Shown here piece by piece: positions 9,943 to 20,228 of a stretch of DNA of 64,000 nt (position 1 is its first letter; each line of letters starts with the position of its first letter). The position numbers were made by a program, and so were the translations under genes. The notes beneath the pieces are model-generated. The model ran no database searches, was not told the DNA's origin, and worked only from the letters and a program-made list of their open reading frames with translations. The stretch lies in assembly GCA_965206405.1 (NCBI GenBank), contig CBDBJQ010000006.1:675061-739060 (forward strand). The letters run 5' to 3'. Source of the stretch: Alphaproteobacteria bacterium. GTDB taxonomy: Bacteria; Pseudomonadota; Alphaproteobacteria; UBA8366.

Positions 9943-12254
9943 CAGGCGGTTTCCCCAGGGATGGCTTCCCGGATGGTGTGCCAGATCCGCTCCGGTGTTG
10001 CCGGCATGTCGATATGCAGGACACCGAGTGGTGCGAGCGCATCGAGTATCGCGTTGATGACCGTTGGCGGGGCGCCGACAGCGCCGGTCTCGCCGGCCCC
10101 CTTGATGCCGAAGGGATTGGTGCGGCAGGGGTAATCTTCGACCGCTGTCAGGGTAAAATCGGGGAAATCTCCGGCCCGCGGCATCTGGTAGTCCATGAAG
10201 GATCCGTTGAGGAGTTGGCCGTCGTTTCCATACAGGCTGACTTCCATCAACGCCTGGCCTATTCCCTGGACGAGGCCGCCATGCACTTGGCCCTGGAGAA
10301 GCAGCGGATTGACCACCACCCCGAAATCGTCGACTGCGGTATAGCGCTCGATCCGGATCTGTCCTGTCTCCGGATCGATCTCGACCTCGCAGGCGTGGCA
10401 CCCATTGGGGAAACTCATCGCCTCGGCGGTGAACGCACCTTCGCCCGACAGTTCCGGGATGTCGGTTTCGGGCACAGAAGCGGCGACGGAGACGAGATCC
10501 ATGCGCCGGTCAGTGCCGGCGACGGTGAAAATCCCGTCTTCGAAGACGATATCGGCCGCAGCGGCTTCCATGATTTCGGCGGCGATCTCGCGGCCACGCT
10601 CGATGACCGCGTCGACAGCGCGGTTGGCCGCCGGAATGCTGTTCATTGTCGCTCGGGACCCTCCGGTGCCGTTGCCGTCGGGCACGAGGTCGGTGTCTCC
10701 CTGGACCAGCGTCAGTCGTTCCGGCGGCAAGGACAGCCTGTCAGCGACGATTTGGGAAAAAACGGTTCGATGGCCCTGGCCGTTGTCCTGATTGCCGATT
10801 CTGAGGACGACGGAGCCATCAGGATTGACTGTGACCTTGGAGGTTTCCCCAAGGCCAGGTCGCACCCCCTTGACGTAATGGGCGACGCCGAACCCCCGTA
10901 GCAAGCCGGTTTCGGCCGAGGTCTTCCGTCGGGCCGACAGGCCGGCATGGTCGGCTTCCACGAGCGCGCGGTCGAGCAGGGCACTGAAATCTCCCGAATC
11001 GTAGGTCCAATCCAGAACCGTCGTGTGCGGCAGCTGCTCCGGCCGGATGAAGTTCTGCTTCCGGACGGCGATAGAGTCTTCCCCGATGGCGCGGGCGACC
11101 GCCTCGATGGCGCGCTCGACGACGTAGATCGCCTCGGGGTGACCAGCGCCTCTGTAGGCGTCGACAGGCACCGTGTTGGTGAAGACGCCGTGTACCTCGG
11201 CGTAGATAGCTGGAATCGCATAAACCCCGGTCAGCAGGGGTGCACCGCATTCGGTCGCGATATAGGGCGCCGAGGTGGAGACGAACGCGCCGAGATTGGC
11301 GAGGGTTTCGACGCGAAGACCAAGGATTCGGCCAGTTTCGTCATAGCCGACCTCGACATGATTGACCTGGTCGCGCCCGTGTAGATCGGCGGGGAAGGCG
11401 TCTGCGGTCCGCTCGCCGGTCCACCGGACCGGACGGCCGTATTCCTGCGCCGCATGCAGAACCAGTACCTGCTCCGGATAGAGGAAGATTTTCATCCCGA
11501 AGCCGCCGCCGACATCGGGCGTGCGGACGAGGAAAATTTCTTCCGGTTCCCGGAAGATGTGTTTAGAGAGTTGGCGAAGGATTGCGTGCGGGCCCTGCGA
11601 GGTGGTTGTCAGGATCCGGCGTCCATCACGCCATTCGCCGATCGCCACGCGGGGTTCGAGAGAGGCGGCGGACAGCCGGTTGTTGACCAGGTCGAAGACG
11701 AGGCGGTTTGGCGCTGCGGCAAGAGCGCTTTGCGTCGCATCCTCGTCGCCGAGCGACCAGATAAAACTGCGGTTGTCCGGAAAATCCGACCTGATCTGCG
11801 GTGCGCCGGGGCGGGCCGCCTCGGCTGGGTCAGAGATGGCGGTGCGGGGCGCGAACTCGATTTCGATCAGCTCGGCGGCATCCTTCGCCTGCTCGACCGT
11901 TTCGGCGACGACAAAGGCAATGGGTTGGCCGGCATAAAAGACACGGTCCTCGGCCAGAATCGGGAAGCGCGGGCTGCGGATATCGGAGCCATCCTTCTGC
12001 TGGACCGTTCCAAGCACCGGGATCGCTCCGAGCGCGGCGATGTCGGCCGCGGTGGTGATTCCGAGGACTCCGGGAGCGGTTTTCGCCGCTTCCACATTGA
12101 GATTGGTGATGTTGGCGTGGGCATAAGGTGAGCGGAACAGGATGCCGTGTGCGTCGCCGTCAATGGCCCTGTCGTCACTGTAGCGTCCCTGCCCGGTCAG
12201 CAGGCGCGGATCCTCGACGCGCCTGACCGGCTGACCTATGCCAAACTGTCCCAT
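9942..12254 (-). CDS. xanthine dehydrogenase / aldehyde oxidase family molybdopterin-binding large subunit (CoxL-like)
   Basis: 770 aa. The N-terminus MGQFGIGQPVRRVEDPRLLTGQGRYSDD is typical of this family, and there is an internal VDAYRGAGHPEA motif. No FAD or 2Fe-2S partner subunit genes lie next to it. Confidence 0.85.
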   Translation of the reverse strand: MGQFGIGQPVRRVEDPRLLTGQGRYSDDRAIDGDAHGILFRSPYAHANITNLNVEAAKTAPGVLGITTAADIAALGAIPVLGTVQQKDGSDIRSPRFPILAEDRVFYAGQPIAFVVAETVEQAKDAAELIEIEFAPRTAISDPAEAARPGAPQIRSDFPDNRSFIWSLGDEDATQSALAAAPNRLVFDLVNNRLSAASLEPRVAIGEWRDGRRILTTTSQGPHAILRQLSKHIFREPEEIFLVRTPDVGGGFGMKIFLYPEQVLVLHAAQEYGRPVRWTGERTADAFPADLHGRDQVNHVEVGYDETGRILGLRVETLANLGAFVSTSAPYIATECGAPLLTGVYAIPAIYAEVHGVFTNTVPVDAYRGAGHPEAIYVVERAIEAVARAIGEDSIAVRKQNFIRPEQLPHTTVLDWTYDSGDFSALLDRALVEADHAGLSARRKTSAETGLLRGFGVAHYVKGVRPGLGETSKVTVNPDGSVVLRIGNQDNGQGHRTVFSQIVADRLSLPPERLTLVQGDTDLVPDGNGTGGSRATMNSIPAANRAVDAVIERGREIAAEIMEAAAADIVFEDGIFTVAGTDRRMDLVSVAASVPETDIPELSGEGAFTAEAMSFPNGCHACEVEIDPETGQIRIERYTAVDDFGVVVNPLLLQGQVHGGLVQGIGQALMEVSLYGNDGQLLNGSFMDYQMPRAGDFPDFTLTAVEDYPCRTNPFGIKGAGETGAVGAPPTVINAILDALAPLGVLHIDMPATPERIWHTIREAIPGETA

Positions 12255-12349
12255 CGGTTACGGTTTCCGCCCGCTGTGTTCGCCTGCTACCGCCCGTTGC
12301 GGCAAAATGCGGGGCTTTCCTTGCAGCGTTGCCGCTAGGCTGCGGCGGT

Positions 12350-13309
12350 TCAGGAGAAAGCTTCCTCCCAGGAACCCTGGGTCGCGGCGCGGGAATATTC
12401 GGTTACCCTGTTCTCGAAGAAGTTGGCGTGTTCGACGCCGTTCAGCATCTCGTCCATCCAGGGCAGGGGGTTGTGTTCAATTCCGTGGGTAGGTTCAAGG
12501 CCAAGCTGGTCCAATCGCCGGTCGGCGATGTAGCGGATGTACTGCTTGATCTCATCGACGTTGAGTCCCTCGACGCCGCCCATCTCGAAAGCAAGGTCAA
12601 TGAAGGCGTCCTCGTGTTCGATGATGGTTATGCATGCGCCATAGATGTCGGCCTGCAGTTTTTCGGTCCAGATTTCCGGGTTTTCGTCGATGAAGGTTTT
12701 GAACAGGCGGATGATCGAGTTGGTGTGCAGCGATTCATCGCGTGCCGACCAGGTGACGATCTGGCCCATGCCTTTCATCTTGTTGAAACGGGGGAAGTTG
12801 AGCAGGACCGCGAAGCTCGCGAACAGCTGAAGGCCTTCGGTGAAACCACCGAACACGGCCAGCGTCTTGGCGATGTCCTCCTTGGTATCCACCCCCCACT
12901 GCTGCATGAAGTCGTATTTATCCTTCATCTCTTTGTATTTGCGGAAGGCCTGGTACTCGCTTTCCGGCATACCAACCGTATCGAGAAGATGGGAATAGGC
13001 AGCGATGTGGACCGTCTCGATATTGGAGAAGGCGGACAGCATCATCTGCACTTCGGTCGGCATGAAGACCTGTGAGTAATGCTTCATGTAGCAATTATTC
13101 ACCTCGACATCGGCCTGGGTGAAGAAACGGAAAATTTGGGTCAAGAGATTGCGCTCGGCTTCGGTGAGCACCCTGTGCCAGTCCTTGACGTCGTCGGCGA
13201 GCGGTACTTCTTCGGGAAGCCAGTGTATGCGCTGCTGTGTCAGCCAGGCGTCGTACGCCCAAGGGTAGTGGAACGGTTTGTAGGAGGGGTCGGAATCGAG
13301 AAGAGACAT
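12350..13309 (-). CDS. nrdB: class I ribonucleoside-diphosphate reductase beta subunit
   Basis: 319 aa of the ferritin-like R2 family: ...LTEAERNLLTQIFRFFTQADVEV...SAFSNIETVHIAAYSHLLDT...ARDESLHTNS... It lies downstream of the alpha subunit. Confidence 0.9.
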   Translation of the reverse strand: MSLLDSDPSYKPFHYPWAYDAWLTQQRIHWLPEEVPLADDVKDWHRVLTEAERNLLTQIFRFFTQADVEVNNCYMKHYSQVFMPTEVQMMLSAFSNIETVHIAAYSHLLDTVGMPESEYQAFRKYKEMKDKYDFMQQWGVDTKEDIAKTLAVFGGFTEGLQLFASFAVLLNFPRFNKMKGMGQIVTWSARDESLHTNSIIRLFKTFIDENPEIWTEKLQADIYGACITIIEHEDAFIDLAFEMGGVEGLNVDEIKQYIRYIADRRLDQLGLEPTHGIEHNPLPWMDEMLNGVEHANFFENRVTEYSRAATQGSWEEAFS

Positions 13310-13554
13310 TATTGAAATCCGTATCCAATACCGGTATCGACCAGATCAAAGCCTGCCGCTACGGGGGAGAGAATCCTCTATGTTGGTCAGGTTGTTGGCA
13401 AGGTAAATCTGGTTGCCCTTCACTGAATCCTCATTCAATTCTCCAGAATAATTTCACCAGGCAACACCGCCATCGCTCGCTCGCAGCAGAGCCTTATTCC
13501 GGCCTATTGATCGACGCTGACGCTGCCCGCGAAGTCGAGCCTTACTGGTGGCCC

Positions 13555-15540
13555 TTACTGGCAGGACAGGCATTCCTCGTAGTCGACGGGGCCGATCTGT
13601 ACGGGCATCGCCACGTCGGGCTGGCGGCTGTCTTGGTTGGCGACGATTTCGGCCCGCTGGATCGACTTCGAGCGGCAGTAGTAGAGACTCTTCACGCCCT
13701 TTTTCCAGGCCTGGAAGTGGAGCTGGTGAAGGTCACGCTTGTGGATGTCGGCTGGCAGGAACAGGTTGACTGACTGCGACTGGCAAACATCGCCGGCCCG
13801 GTCCGCCGCATGCTCGATAATCCACCTCTGGTCGATCTCGAACGCGGTCCGGAACACCACCTTTTCGTCTTCGCTGAGACAGTCGAGATGCTGAACCGAC
13901 CCTTCGTTGATCGTGATCGAAGACCAGGTCGTCTCGTTGTTTCGACCCTTCTCCGCCAGCAGTTCCTTGAGGTGCCGATTGCGCACGTTGAAGGAACCGG
14001 ACAGGGTTTTGTGCGTGAAGCTGTTGGCCGCGATCGGTTCAATGCCGGGTGAGGTGCCGCCACAGATGATCGAGATCGAAGCGGTGGGAGCGATCGACAG
14101 TTTGTTCGAAAAGCGTTCCTGGATGTTGAAATCGCCTGCGTCAGGGCAGGGGCCGCGCTCCTCTGCGAGGACAACCGATGCGGTGTCGGCTTGGTTGCGT
14201 ATGTGGCGGAACATTCGCTTGTTCCAGACCTGGGCCATGACACTCTCGAGGGGAATCATGTTGGCTTGCAGGAACGAGTGGAAGCCCATGATGCCGAGGC
14301 CAACCGAGCGTTCGCGCATGGCCGCATAGCGGGCGCGCTCGAAGTCGTCCGGCGCATTGTCGATGAAATCCTGTAGAACGTTGTCGAGGAAGCGCATCAC
14401 ATCCGGAATGAAATCCTCGTGACTTTCCCACTCGAGGAAAGTTTCGGCGTTCAGCGAGGACAGGCAGCAGACAGCCGTGCGCTCCTTGCCGTTCCGGTCG
14501 ATCCCGGTCGGCAGGGTGATCTCGGAACATAGGTTCGAGGTTTTGACCTCGAGGCCGGCGAGCTTGTGGTGTTCGGGGATGGCCCGGTTCACATGGTCGA
14601 TGAAGATCAGATAGGGCTCTCCGGTCTCGATCCGCGAGGTGAGGATGCGGATCCAAAGCGCCCGGGCAGAGATATTGTGGATCGGCGCGCCGTCCTTGGG
14701 GCTCGTCAGGATCCACTCGCCGTCTTCCTCGACGGCGCGCATGAAGGCATCAGAGATCAGGACGCCGTGGTGCAGGTTCAGCGCCTTGCGGTTCGGATCG
14801 CCTCCGGTCGGCCGCCGGAGTTCGGTAAATTCCTCGATCTCCGGATGGCTGACGGGCAGGTAGACGGCGGCGCTGCCGCGTCGCAGGGATCCCTGGCTGA
14901 TGGCGAGAGTCAGGGAGTCCATGACCCGGATGAACGGGATGACGCCCGAGGTCTTGCCGTTCTGGCTGACACGCTCGCCAATCGAGCGGAGGTTTCCCCA
15001 GTAACTGCCGATGCCGCCGCCGCGGGCCGCGAGCCAGACATTCTCGTTCCACAAGCCCAGGATGCCCTCGAGGCTGTCCGAGGCCTCGTTCAGAAAACAG
15101 GAGATCGGCAGACCGCGAGCGGTTCCGCCGTTGGAGAGCACGGGGGTTGCCGGCATGAACCAGAGTTTGCTGATGTAGTCGTAGAGCCTCTGGGCGTGGT
15201 CGGAATCGTCGCTGTAATGGAGAGCGACCCGGGCGAACAGGTCCTGGTAATCTTCGCCGGGCATCAGATAGCGGTCGGTGAGGGTGGCCTTGCCGAACTC
15301 GGTCAGCAGGGAGTCGCGGCTCGGGTCGATGCGAATGCGGATGCCGCGATCGTTCTGCCGCAGTGTGTCGTCGGCGATCGTCAGGGTATGCGCATCGTGG
15401 GTATCCTGCGCGACCGAGTCGCGCAGTCGCGACTCGAGCGCGGAAACATCGGCGGTCTTATCCCGCATCGCGCCAGGCGTGCCGTCCACAGGTTGCTCCA
15501 AGGTTTGCGTATCACCAGCGTCATTACTGAAATAATTCAT
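13555..15540 (-). CDS. nrdA: class I ribonucleoside-diphosphate reductase alpha subunit (no obvious ATP-cone)
   Basis: Catalytic-core motifs are present: PVLSNGGT, SCFL, NLCSEITLP, and a C-terminal CLSC redox pair. Start chosen at ATG 15540 (MNYFSND); the track start is GTG 15558. Confidence 0.9.
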   Translation of the reverse strand: MNYFSNDAGDTQTLEQPVDGTPGAMRDKTADVSALESRLRDSVAQDTHDAHTLTIADDTLRQNDRGIRIRIDPSRDSLLTEFGKATLTDRYLMPGEDYQDLFARVALHYSDDSDHAQRLYDYISKLWFMPATPVLSNGGTARGLPISCFLNEASDSLEGILGLWNENVWLAARGGGIGSYWGNLRSIGERVSQNGKTSGVIPFIRVMDSLTLAISQGSLRRGSAAVYLPVSHPEIEEFTELRRPTGGDPNRKALNLHHGVLISDAFMRAVEEDGEWILTSPKDGAPIHNISARALWIRILTSRIETGEPYLIFIDHVNRAIPEHHKLAGLEVKTSNLCSEITLPTGIDRNGKERTAVCCLSSLNAETFLEWESHEDFIPDVMRFLDNVLQDFIDNAPDDFERARYAAMRERSVGLGIMGFHSFLQANMIPLESVMAQVWNKRMFRHIRNQADTASVVLAEERGPCPDAGDFNIQERFSNKLSIAPTASISIICGGTSPGIEPIAANSFTHKTLSGSFNVRNRHLKELLAEKGRNNETTWSSITINEGSVQHLDCLSEDEKVVFRTAFEIDQRWIIEHAADRAGDVCQSQSVNLFLPADIHKRDLHQLHFQAWKKGVKSLYYCRSKSIQRAEIVANQDSRQPDVAMPVQIGPVDYEECLSCQ

Positions 15541-15552
15541 TCGCTTTCCCTG

Positions 15553-15600
15553 TTCCACAACTGTGGAAAATTATGCCTAGATAACCACAATATATTGATT
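15553..15600 (-). promoter_or_regulatory. candidate NrdR operator: two palindromic boxes, 32 bp centre to centre, upstream of nrdA
   Basis: Box 15585-15600 (ccaCAATATATTGatt) matches the 10-bp core of the NrdR box as I remember it (acaCwAtATaTwGtgt). The perfect 16-bp palindrome TTCCACAACTGTGGAA at 15553-15568 matches the consensus poorly but has the right spacing. A third partial palindrome, CACCactaGGTG, lies at 15615-15626. Confidence 0.4.
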
Positions 15601-15770
15601 CAATCTCGACTTTTCACCACTAGGTGTTGAAATTTAATAGGTCATTTACCCAACAAAGGCAACCAGAGAATTTTTCAAAAGGGCAACATGAATACTGGGT
15701 TTGCCGCCGGGAAATCAAGGGTCGGAAAGGGCCAAGGGAGAGGATCGGACGATTTTTCTGAGGCTGGCCA

Positions 15771-15797
15771 GTTTTTTCAGGGTTGTTTTTCAGGGTT
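15771..15797. repeat. tandem duplication gtttt(t)tcagggtt x2
   Basis: Read directly; intergenic between nrdA and the panE-like gene. Confidence 0.85.
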
Positions 15798-15865
15798 GCG
15801 GTGACGCGGTATCTGGTGGTTCGGTGCCGGATCTGTGCGGATCGGCGCCTCAGGCGCTGTGAGGA

Positions 15866-16879
15866 TCAGGCAAGACCCTTGGCCCGGGCCTTGGTGCAGG
15901 TCAGGGCATAGATGATGTCGAGTGCCGGGGTGGCTATGCCGGCGCGCTGCCCGAGTTCGCAGACCGCTCCGAGGATTGGGCCGATTTCCAGCGCTCGGCC
16001 GGTCTCGTAATCCTGAAGCATCGAGGTACCGATTTCGCCGAGGGCCGCAAAGCCCTTGATGCGATCTGTCATCTCGCGCTCGAGTTCTTCTGCATCATCG
16101 GCAAGGGAGACGCCGATGGTGGCGGCAACCTCGGCTGCCTCGCGCATCATCGTTTTCATCACCTCGACGCAACCGGCGTCAGCGGCGAGCGTCGCGCTGG
16201 TCGCTTCGGCCAGGACGCTGAGCGGGTTGCCCGTCAGGTTGCCCCATATCTTGATCCACACCTCCCGGCGGATGTCGGCGACCAGGGGTGTCTCGATGCC
16301 GATTCCCTCCAGCAACGCAGCTACCGTCTCGCTCCTGTGGCTGGTCCCGCCGGCGAATTCCCCGAGATAGAAGCGCATCAAGTCATTGTGGACCTCGACG
16401 ACTCCGGGCTCGGGCATGCTGTTCATGATGTAGACGACACAGCCGAGCACCCGTTCCATGTCGAGCGCGCTCCAGATCTTCCCGCCGGGATCGACCGATT
16501 CTAGCCAGCCGCCGCCATGCGTGTCCTCCGGGTGGAAATACCAGAACGGAATCCCGTTGATCATTGGCACGATCACCGTCTTCGGACCGACCAGCGGCAC
16601 GATTTGGTCGATCGCGCCGCCAATGGCGTGCGCTTTGGTACCAAGCAGCACGAGATCCTGGGGACCGAGGCCGGTAGTGTCGTTGGTGACCGGAAGGTGG
16701 TGGGTTGCCGTGCCGTTGCGGTCCCGCACGGTCAGGCCGTCTGTGCGCAGGGCCTCCAGCCGCTCGCCGCGCGACACCAGGGTGGGTTCGTGTCCGGCTG
16801 CCGCAAGCCGGCCGGCAACGAGACCGGATACGGCGCCGACTCCGAAAATGCAGATTTTTGCTGGGATGTCGGCGGACAT
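15866..16879 (-). CDS. 2-dehydropantoate 2-reductase (ApbA/PanE) family oxidoreductase
   Basis: 337 aa. The N-terminal Rossmann motif is ICIFGVGAVSGLVAGRLAAAGHE. Overall layout resembles ketopantoate reductase family proteins; the substrate is unknown. Confidence 0.75.
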   Translation of the reverse strand: MSADIPAKICIFGVGAVSGLVAGRLAAAGHEPTLVSRGERLEALRTDGLTVRDRNGTATHHLPVTNDTTGLGPQDLVLLGTKAHAIGGAIDQIVPLVGPKTVIVPMINGIPFWYFHPEDTHGGGWLESVDPGGKIWSALDMERVLGCVVYIMNSMPEPGVVEVHNDLMRFYLGEFAGGTSHRSETVAALLEGIGIETPLVADIRREVWIKIWGNLTGNPLSVLAEATSATLAADAGCVEVMKTMMREAAEVAATIGVSLADDAEELEREMTDRIKGFAALGEIGTSMLQDYETGRALEIGPILGAVCELGQRAGIATPALDIIYALTCTKARAKGLA

Positions 16880-16910
16880 GGTGTCTCGGGCGGTGTCAGG
16901 GCGAGCGCAA

Positions 16911-16960
16911 CGGGCAGAGTGAGGCGGGCGTGGGGCGGGCAGAGTGAGGCGGGCGTGGGG
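16911..16960. repeat. perfect 25-bp tandem duplication (cgggcagagtgaggcgggcgtgggg x2)
   Basis: Read directly: units at 16911-16935 and 16936-16960, between the panE-like start and the aapP stop. Confidence 0.95.
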
Positions 16961-16973
16961 CGAGATCGCGCCC

Positions 16974-17765
16974 TCAGTGGGACAGGATCTGGCTCAGGAA
17001 GAGCTTTGTGCGGTCCGATTGCGGATTGTTGAAGAACGCCTCGGGCTCGTTGCTTTCGACGACCTGGCCTTCGTCCATGAATACGACCCGGTGCGCCACC
17101 TGGCGGGCGAAGCCCATTTCGTGGGTGACGACCAGCATCGTCATGCCGCTTTCCGCGAGATCGACCATGACGTCGAGAACCTCCTTGATCATCTCCGGAT
17201 CGAGCGCTGAGGTCGGTTCGTCGAACAGCATGATCTTTGGTTTCATGCACAGCGCGCGGGCGATGGCCACACGCTGCTGCTGGCCGCCCGAGAGCTGGCC
17301 TGGATACTTGTCCGCCTGCTCGGGAATCTTGACCCGCTCGAGCAGTTCCATCGCCATCCCGTCGGCCTCTTCCCGGGGCGTCTTGCGCACCCAGATTGGC
17401 GCCAGGGTGCAGTTCTCCAGCACCGTCAGGTGGGGGAAAAGGTTGAAGTGCTGGAACACCATGCCGACCTCGCGACGCACGCTGTCGATCTGCTTGAGGT
17501 CGTTGGTGAGCTCGATGCCGTCAACGACGATCCGCCCCTGCTGGTGCTCCTCGAGGCGGTTGATGCAGCGGATCAGGGTCGATTTGCCAGACCCGGACGG
17601 ACCGCAGATGACGATTCGCTCACCTCTGTCGACCATGAGGTTAATGTCCCGGAGCACGTGGAACTCGCCGAACCACTTGTTCATGTCGCTGATCGAGATC
17701 GCGATACCGTCAGCCCCTTCCTGGGGCAGCCCTCCTTGTGCTGCATCCTGTTCCGTCATTGCCAT
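16974..17765 (-). CDS. aapP: general L-amino acid ABC transporter ATP-binding protein
   Basis: 263 aa with Walker [10 protein letters not shown], signature [15 protein letters not shown] and Walker [12 protein letters not shown]. It is last in an aapJQMP-ordered operon. Confidence 0.9.
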   Translation of the reverse strand: MAMTEQDAAQGGLPQEGADGIAISISDMNKWFGEFHVLRDINLMVDRGERIVICGPSGSGKSTLIRCINRLEEHQQGRIVVDGIELTNDLKQIDSVRREVGMVFQHFNLFPHLTVLENCTLAPIWVRKTPREEADGMAMELLERVKIPEQADKYPGQLSGGQQQRVAIARALCMKPKIMLFDEPTSALDPEMIKEVLDVMVDLAESGMTMLVVTHEMGFARQVAHRVVFMDEGQVVESNEPEAFFNNPQSDRTKLFLSQILSH

Positions 17766-17838
17766 AGCCGCTTTCCCGTAATTGCTCCGCTTTTTCTCGG
17801 CGGATCGTTTTTCGGTTCCGTTCGTCTATTCCGTCGCC

Positions 17839-18963
17839 TCAGTCCCGCGTCGTGGTGTCGAGTTTCTTCTCGAGCCCAAGACTGTAGCGCGACATGGAGA
17901 AGCAGAAACAGAAGTAGATGAAGGCGATAAACATGTAGGCCTCGTGTTCGAGGCCGAGCCAGTTCGGATCGGTCACCGATGTCTTGGCGATCTGGAGCAG
18001 ATCGAAGAGACCGATGATCGAGACCAGGGAGGTGTCCTTGAACAGACCAATGAAGGTGTTGACGATTCCCGGGATAACGATGCGGAGCGCCTGCGGCATG
18101 ATGATCAGCCGCATCGACTTCCAGTAGTTGCAGCCAAGCGCGCTGGCCGCCTCGGCTTGTCCCGGCGGTAATGCCTGAAGTCCGCCGCGCACTACCTCGG
18201 CCATGTAGGCCGAGGCAAACATGACAACCCCGATCAGCGCCCGCAGAAGTTCGTTGAAGTTGACCCCCTCGGGCATGAACAGAGGCAGCATGAAAGATGC
18301 CATGAACAGGACGGTGATCAGCGGCACCGAGCGCCAGAGTTCGATGAAAGCGACGCAGAAGGCATTCACGATCGGCATCTTCGAGCGTCGGCCGAGAGCG
18401 AGCAGAACGCCGATTGGCAGGGAGAAGATGATGCCGACTGAAGCGATCACCAGGGTGAGGGTGAGGCCCCCCCACTTGTCCGTCGGCACGATCTCCAGGC
18501 CAAAGGCTCCGTACAGAAGTACATAGGCGACCATCGGCGTGCCGAAGACAACGAACAGCACCGCCTGGGTGCGTCCGGGCACGCGGTCAACGAGCACAGG
18601 TACGAGAGAGGCAAGGAAAATGATGAAGGTGAGATTGACGCGCCAGCGTTCGTCGTCGGGATAGAAGCCGTAAATGAACTGACCCAAGCGGGCGGGGACG
18701 ATGCTCCAGCAGGCACCGTAGCGACCGAGGCAGGCCTTGTTGGAATCGCCTGTCCATATCGCCGAGAAGATTGCCCAGTCAGCCAGTGGTGGGATTATGA
18801 GATAGAGCGCGGCGACGGCGAGGACGGTGAGGGCGGCGTTGACCGGCGAGGAAAACAGGTTCAGACGCAGCCAGCCAATGATCCCGGTCGTTGCTACCGG
18901 CGGCGGCGCAGGCGCAACGAAATCCTGGCGGACGAAGGCGTGTTCTATGCGGGAATCGGTCAT
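17839..18963 (-). CDS. aapM: amino acid ABC transporter permease
   Basis: 374-aa polytopic membrane protein with the EAA-like loop EAASALGCNYWKSMRLIIMPQALR. Confidence 0.85.
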   Translation of the reverse strand: MTDSRIEHAFVRQDFVAPAPPPVATTGIIGWLRLNLFSSPVNAALTVLAVAALYLIIPPLADWAIFSAIWTGDSNKACLGRYGACWSIVPARLGQFIYGFYPDDERWRVNLTFIIFLASLVPVLVDRVPGRTQAVLFVVFGTPMVAYVLLYGAFGLEIVPTDKWGGLTLTLVIASVGIIFSLPIGVLLALGRRSKMPIVNAFCVAFIELWRSVPLITVLFMASFMLPLFMPEGVNFNELLRALIGVVMFASAYMAEVVRGGLQALPPGQAEAASALGCNYWKSMRLIIMPQALRIVIPGIVNTFIGLFKDTSLVSIIGLFDLLQIAKTSVTDPNWLGLEHEAYMFIAFIYFCFCFSMSRYSLGLEKKLDTTTRD

Positions 18964-18982
18964 GACGACTGCCTACGCACCA

Positions 18983-20179
18983 CTATCGTCGCACCAGAGC
19001 GATACGGCGGTTGTACCAGTTCATGTACATCGAGATCAGCAGGCTGAAGGTCAGGTAGACGACCATGCACATGGCGATGACCTCCAGCGCCTGGCCAGTC
19101 TGGTTGAGCGAGACGCCGCCGAACACGCTGAACAGGTCGGGATATCCGACCGCGATGCCGAGAGACGAATTCTTGGTCAGGTTGAGGAACTGGCTGATCA
19201 GCGGCGGCACGATGACCCGGAGAGCCTGGGGGATGATGATCAGTTGCAGGGTCGGCATATCCCGCATCCCCAGCGAGCGCGAGGCTTCCGTCTGCCCCTT
19301 GTCGATGGCGAGAATGCCGGCGCGGACGATTTCGGCGATGAAGGCGGCGGTATAGAGGGTCAGTGCGCTAAGTGCCGAGAACAGCTCGACCGGGATCTCG
19401 AAACCGCCTGCGAAGCGGAAGCGTCCGAATTCCGGATAGTCCCAGCTCAGCGGCAGGCCTGTTGCCAGCGCAGTGATAGCCGGCAGGCCGATGAGCAGCC
19501 CGATGGATATCCATAGCACCGGGAACTGCTGCCCCGTCTCGTTCTGTCGTTTGTGCGCCCAACGACGCAGCCACTGGATGCCGCCAATGGCAGCCAGCAG
19601 GGAGAAAACAATCAGCCAGAAGCCGTCTTCGGGGATCGGCGCCGGCGCGGTGACGCCGCGGTTGTGGATATAGATGATGCCGAAGATATCGAACGCCTCG
19701 CGGATGAGAGGCAGGGACTGGAAGACAGCGAAGTGCCAGAAAACGAACTGGAGCAGGAGGGGGACGTTGCGGATCGTTTCGATGTAGAACCCGACCATCC
19801 GCGAGATCAGCCAGTTCGACGACAGCCTGAGGATGCCGAGGATGAAACCAAGGGTGGTTGCGAGGACGATGCCGAGGGCCGAGACCAGCAGGGTGTTGAG
19901 CAGTCCGACAATGAATACCCGGCCATGAGTCGATCCCGCATCCACCGAATACGGGATCAGCGACATCGAGATGTCGAAGCCGGCCGGCGAATCCAGGAAA
20001 TCGAAGCCTGCCCGGATGCCGCGATTTTCAAGATTGGCGATCGTGTTCTGGATCAGGATCGTGGCGGCGACCACGACAGCGGCGACCAGCGCCACCTGGA
20101 TGATGGCGGCGCGAAACTTCGGGTCATACCAGAAGGTAGCCAAGCGGCCGGTCAGGTGACCACCACTAAAGGCAGACAT
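18983..20179 (-). CDS. aapQ: amino acid ABC transporter permease
   Basis: 398-aa polytopic membrane protein with the EAA-like loop EASRSLGMRDMPTLQLIIIPQALR. Confidence 0.85.
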   Translation of the reverse strand: MSAFSGGHLTGRLATFWYDPKFRAAIIQVALVAAVVVAATILIQNTIANLENRGIRAGFDFLDSPAGFDISMSLIPYSVDAGSTHGRVFIVGLLNTLLVSALGIVLATTLGFILGILRLSSNWLISRMVGFYIETIRNVPLLLQFVFWHFAVFQSLPLIREAFDIFGIIYIHNRGVTAPAPIPEDGFWLIVFSLLAAIGGIQWLRRWAHKRQNETGQQFPVLWISIGLLIGLPAITALATGLPLSWDYPEFGRFRFAGGFEIPVELFSALSALTLYTAAFIAEIVRAGILAIDKGQTEASRSLGMRDMPTLQLIIIPQALRVIVPPLISQFLNLTKNSSLGIAVGYPDLFSVFGGVSLNQTGQALEVIAMCMVVYLTFSLLISMYMNWYNRRIALVRR

Positions 20180-20228
20180 CGGGCCAGTTCAGTCTGTCAG
20201 AGACTGTGTTGGGAGGGAGATAAAGCGG

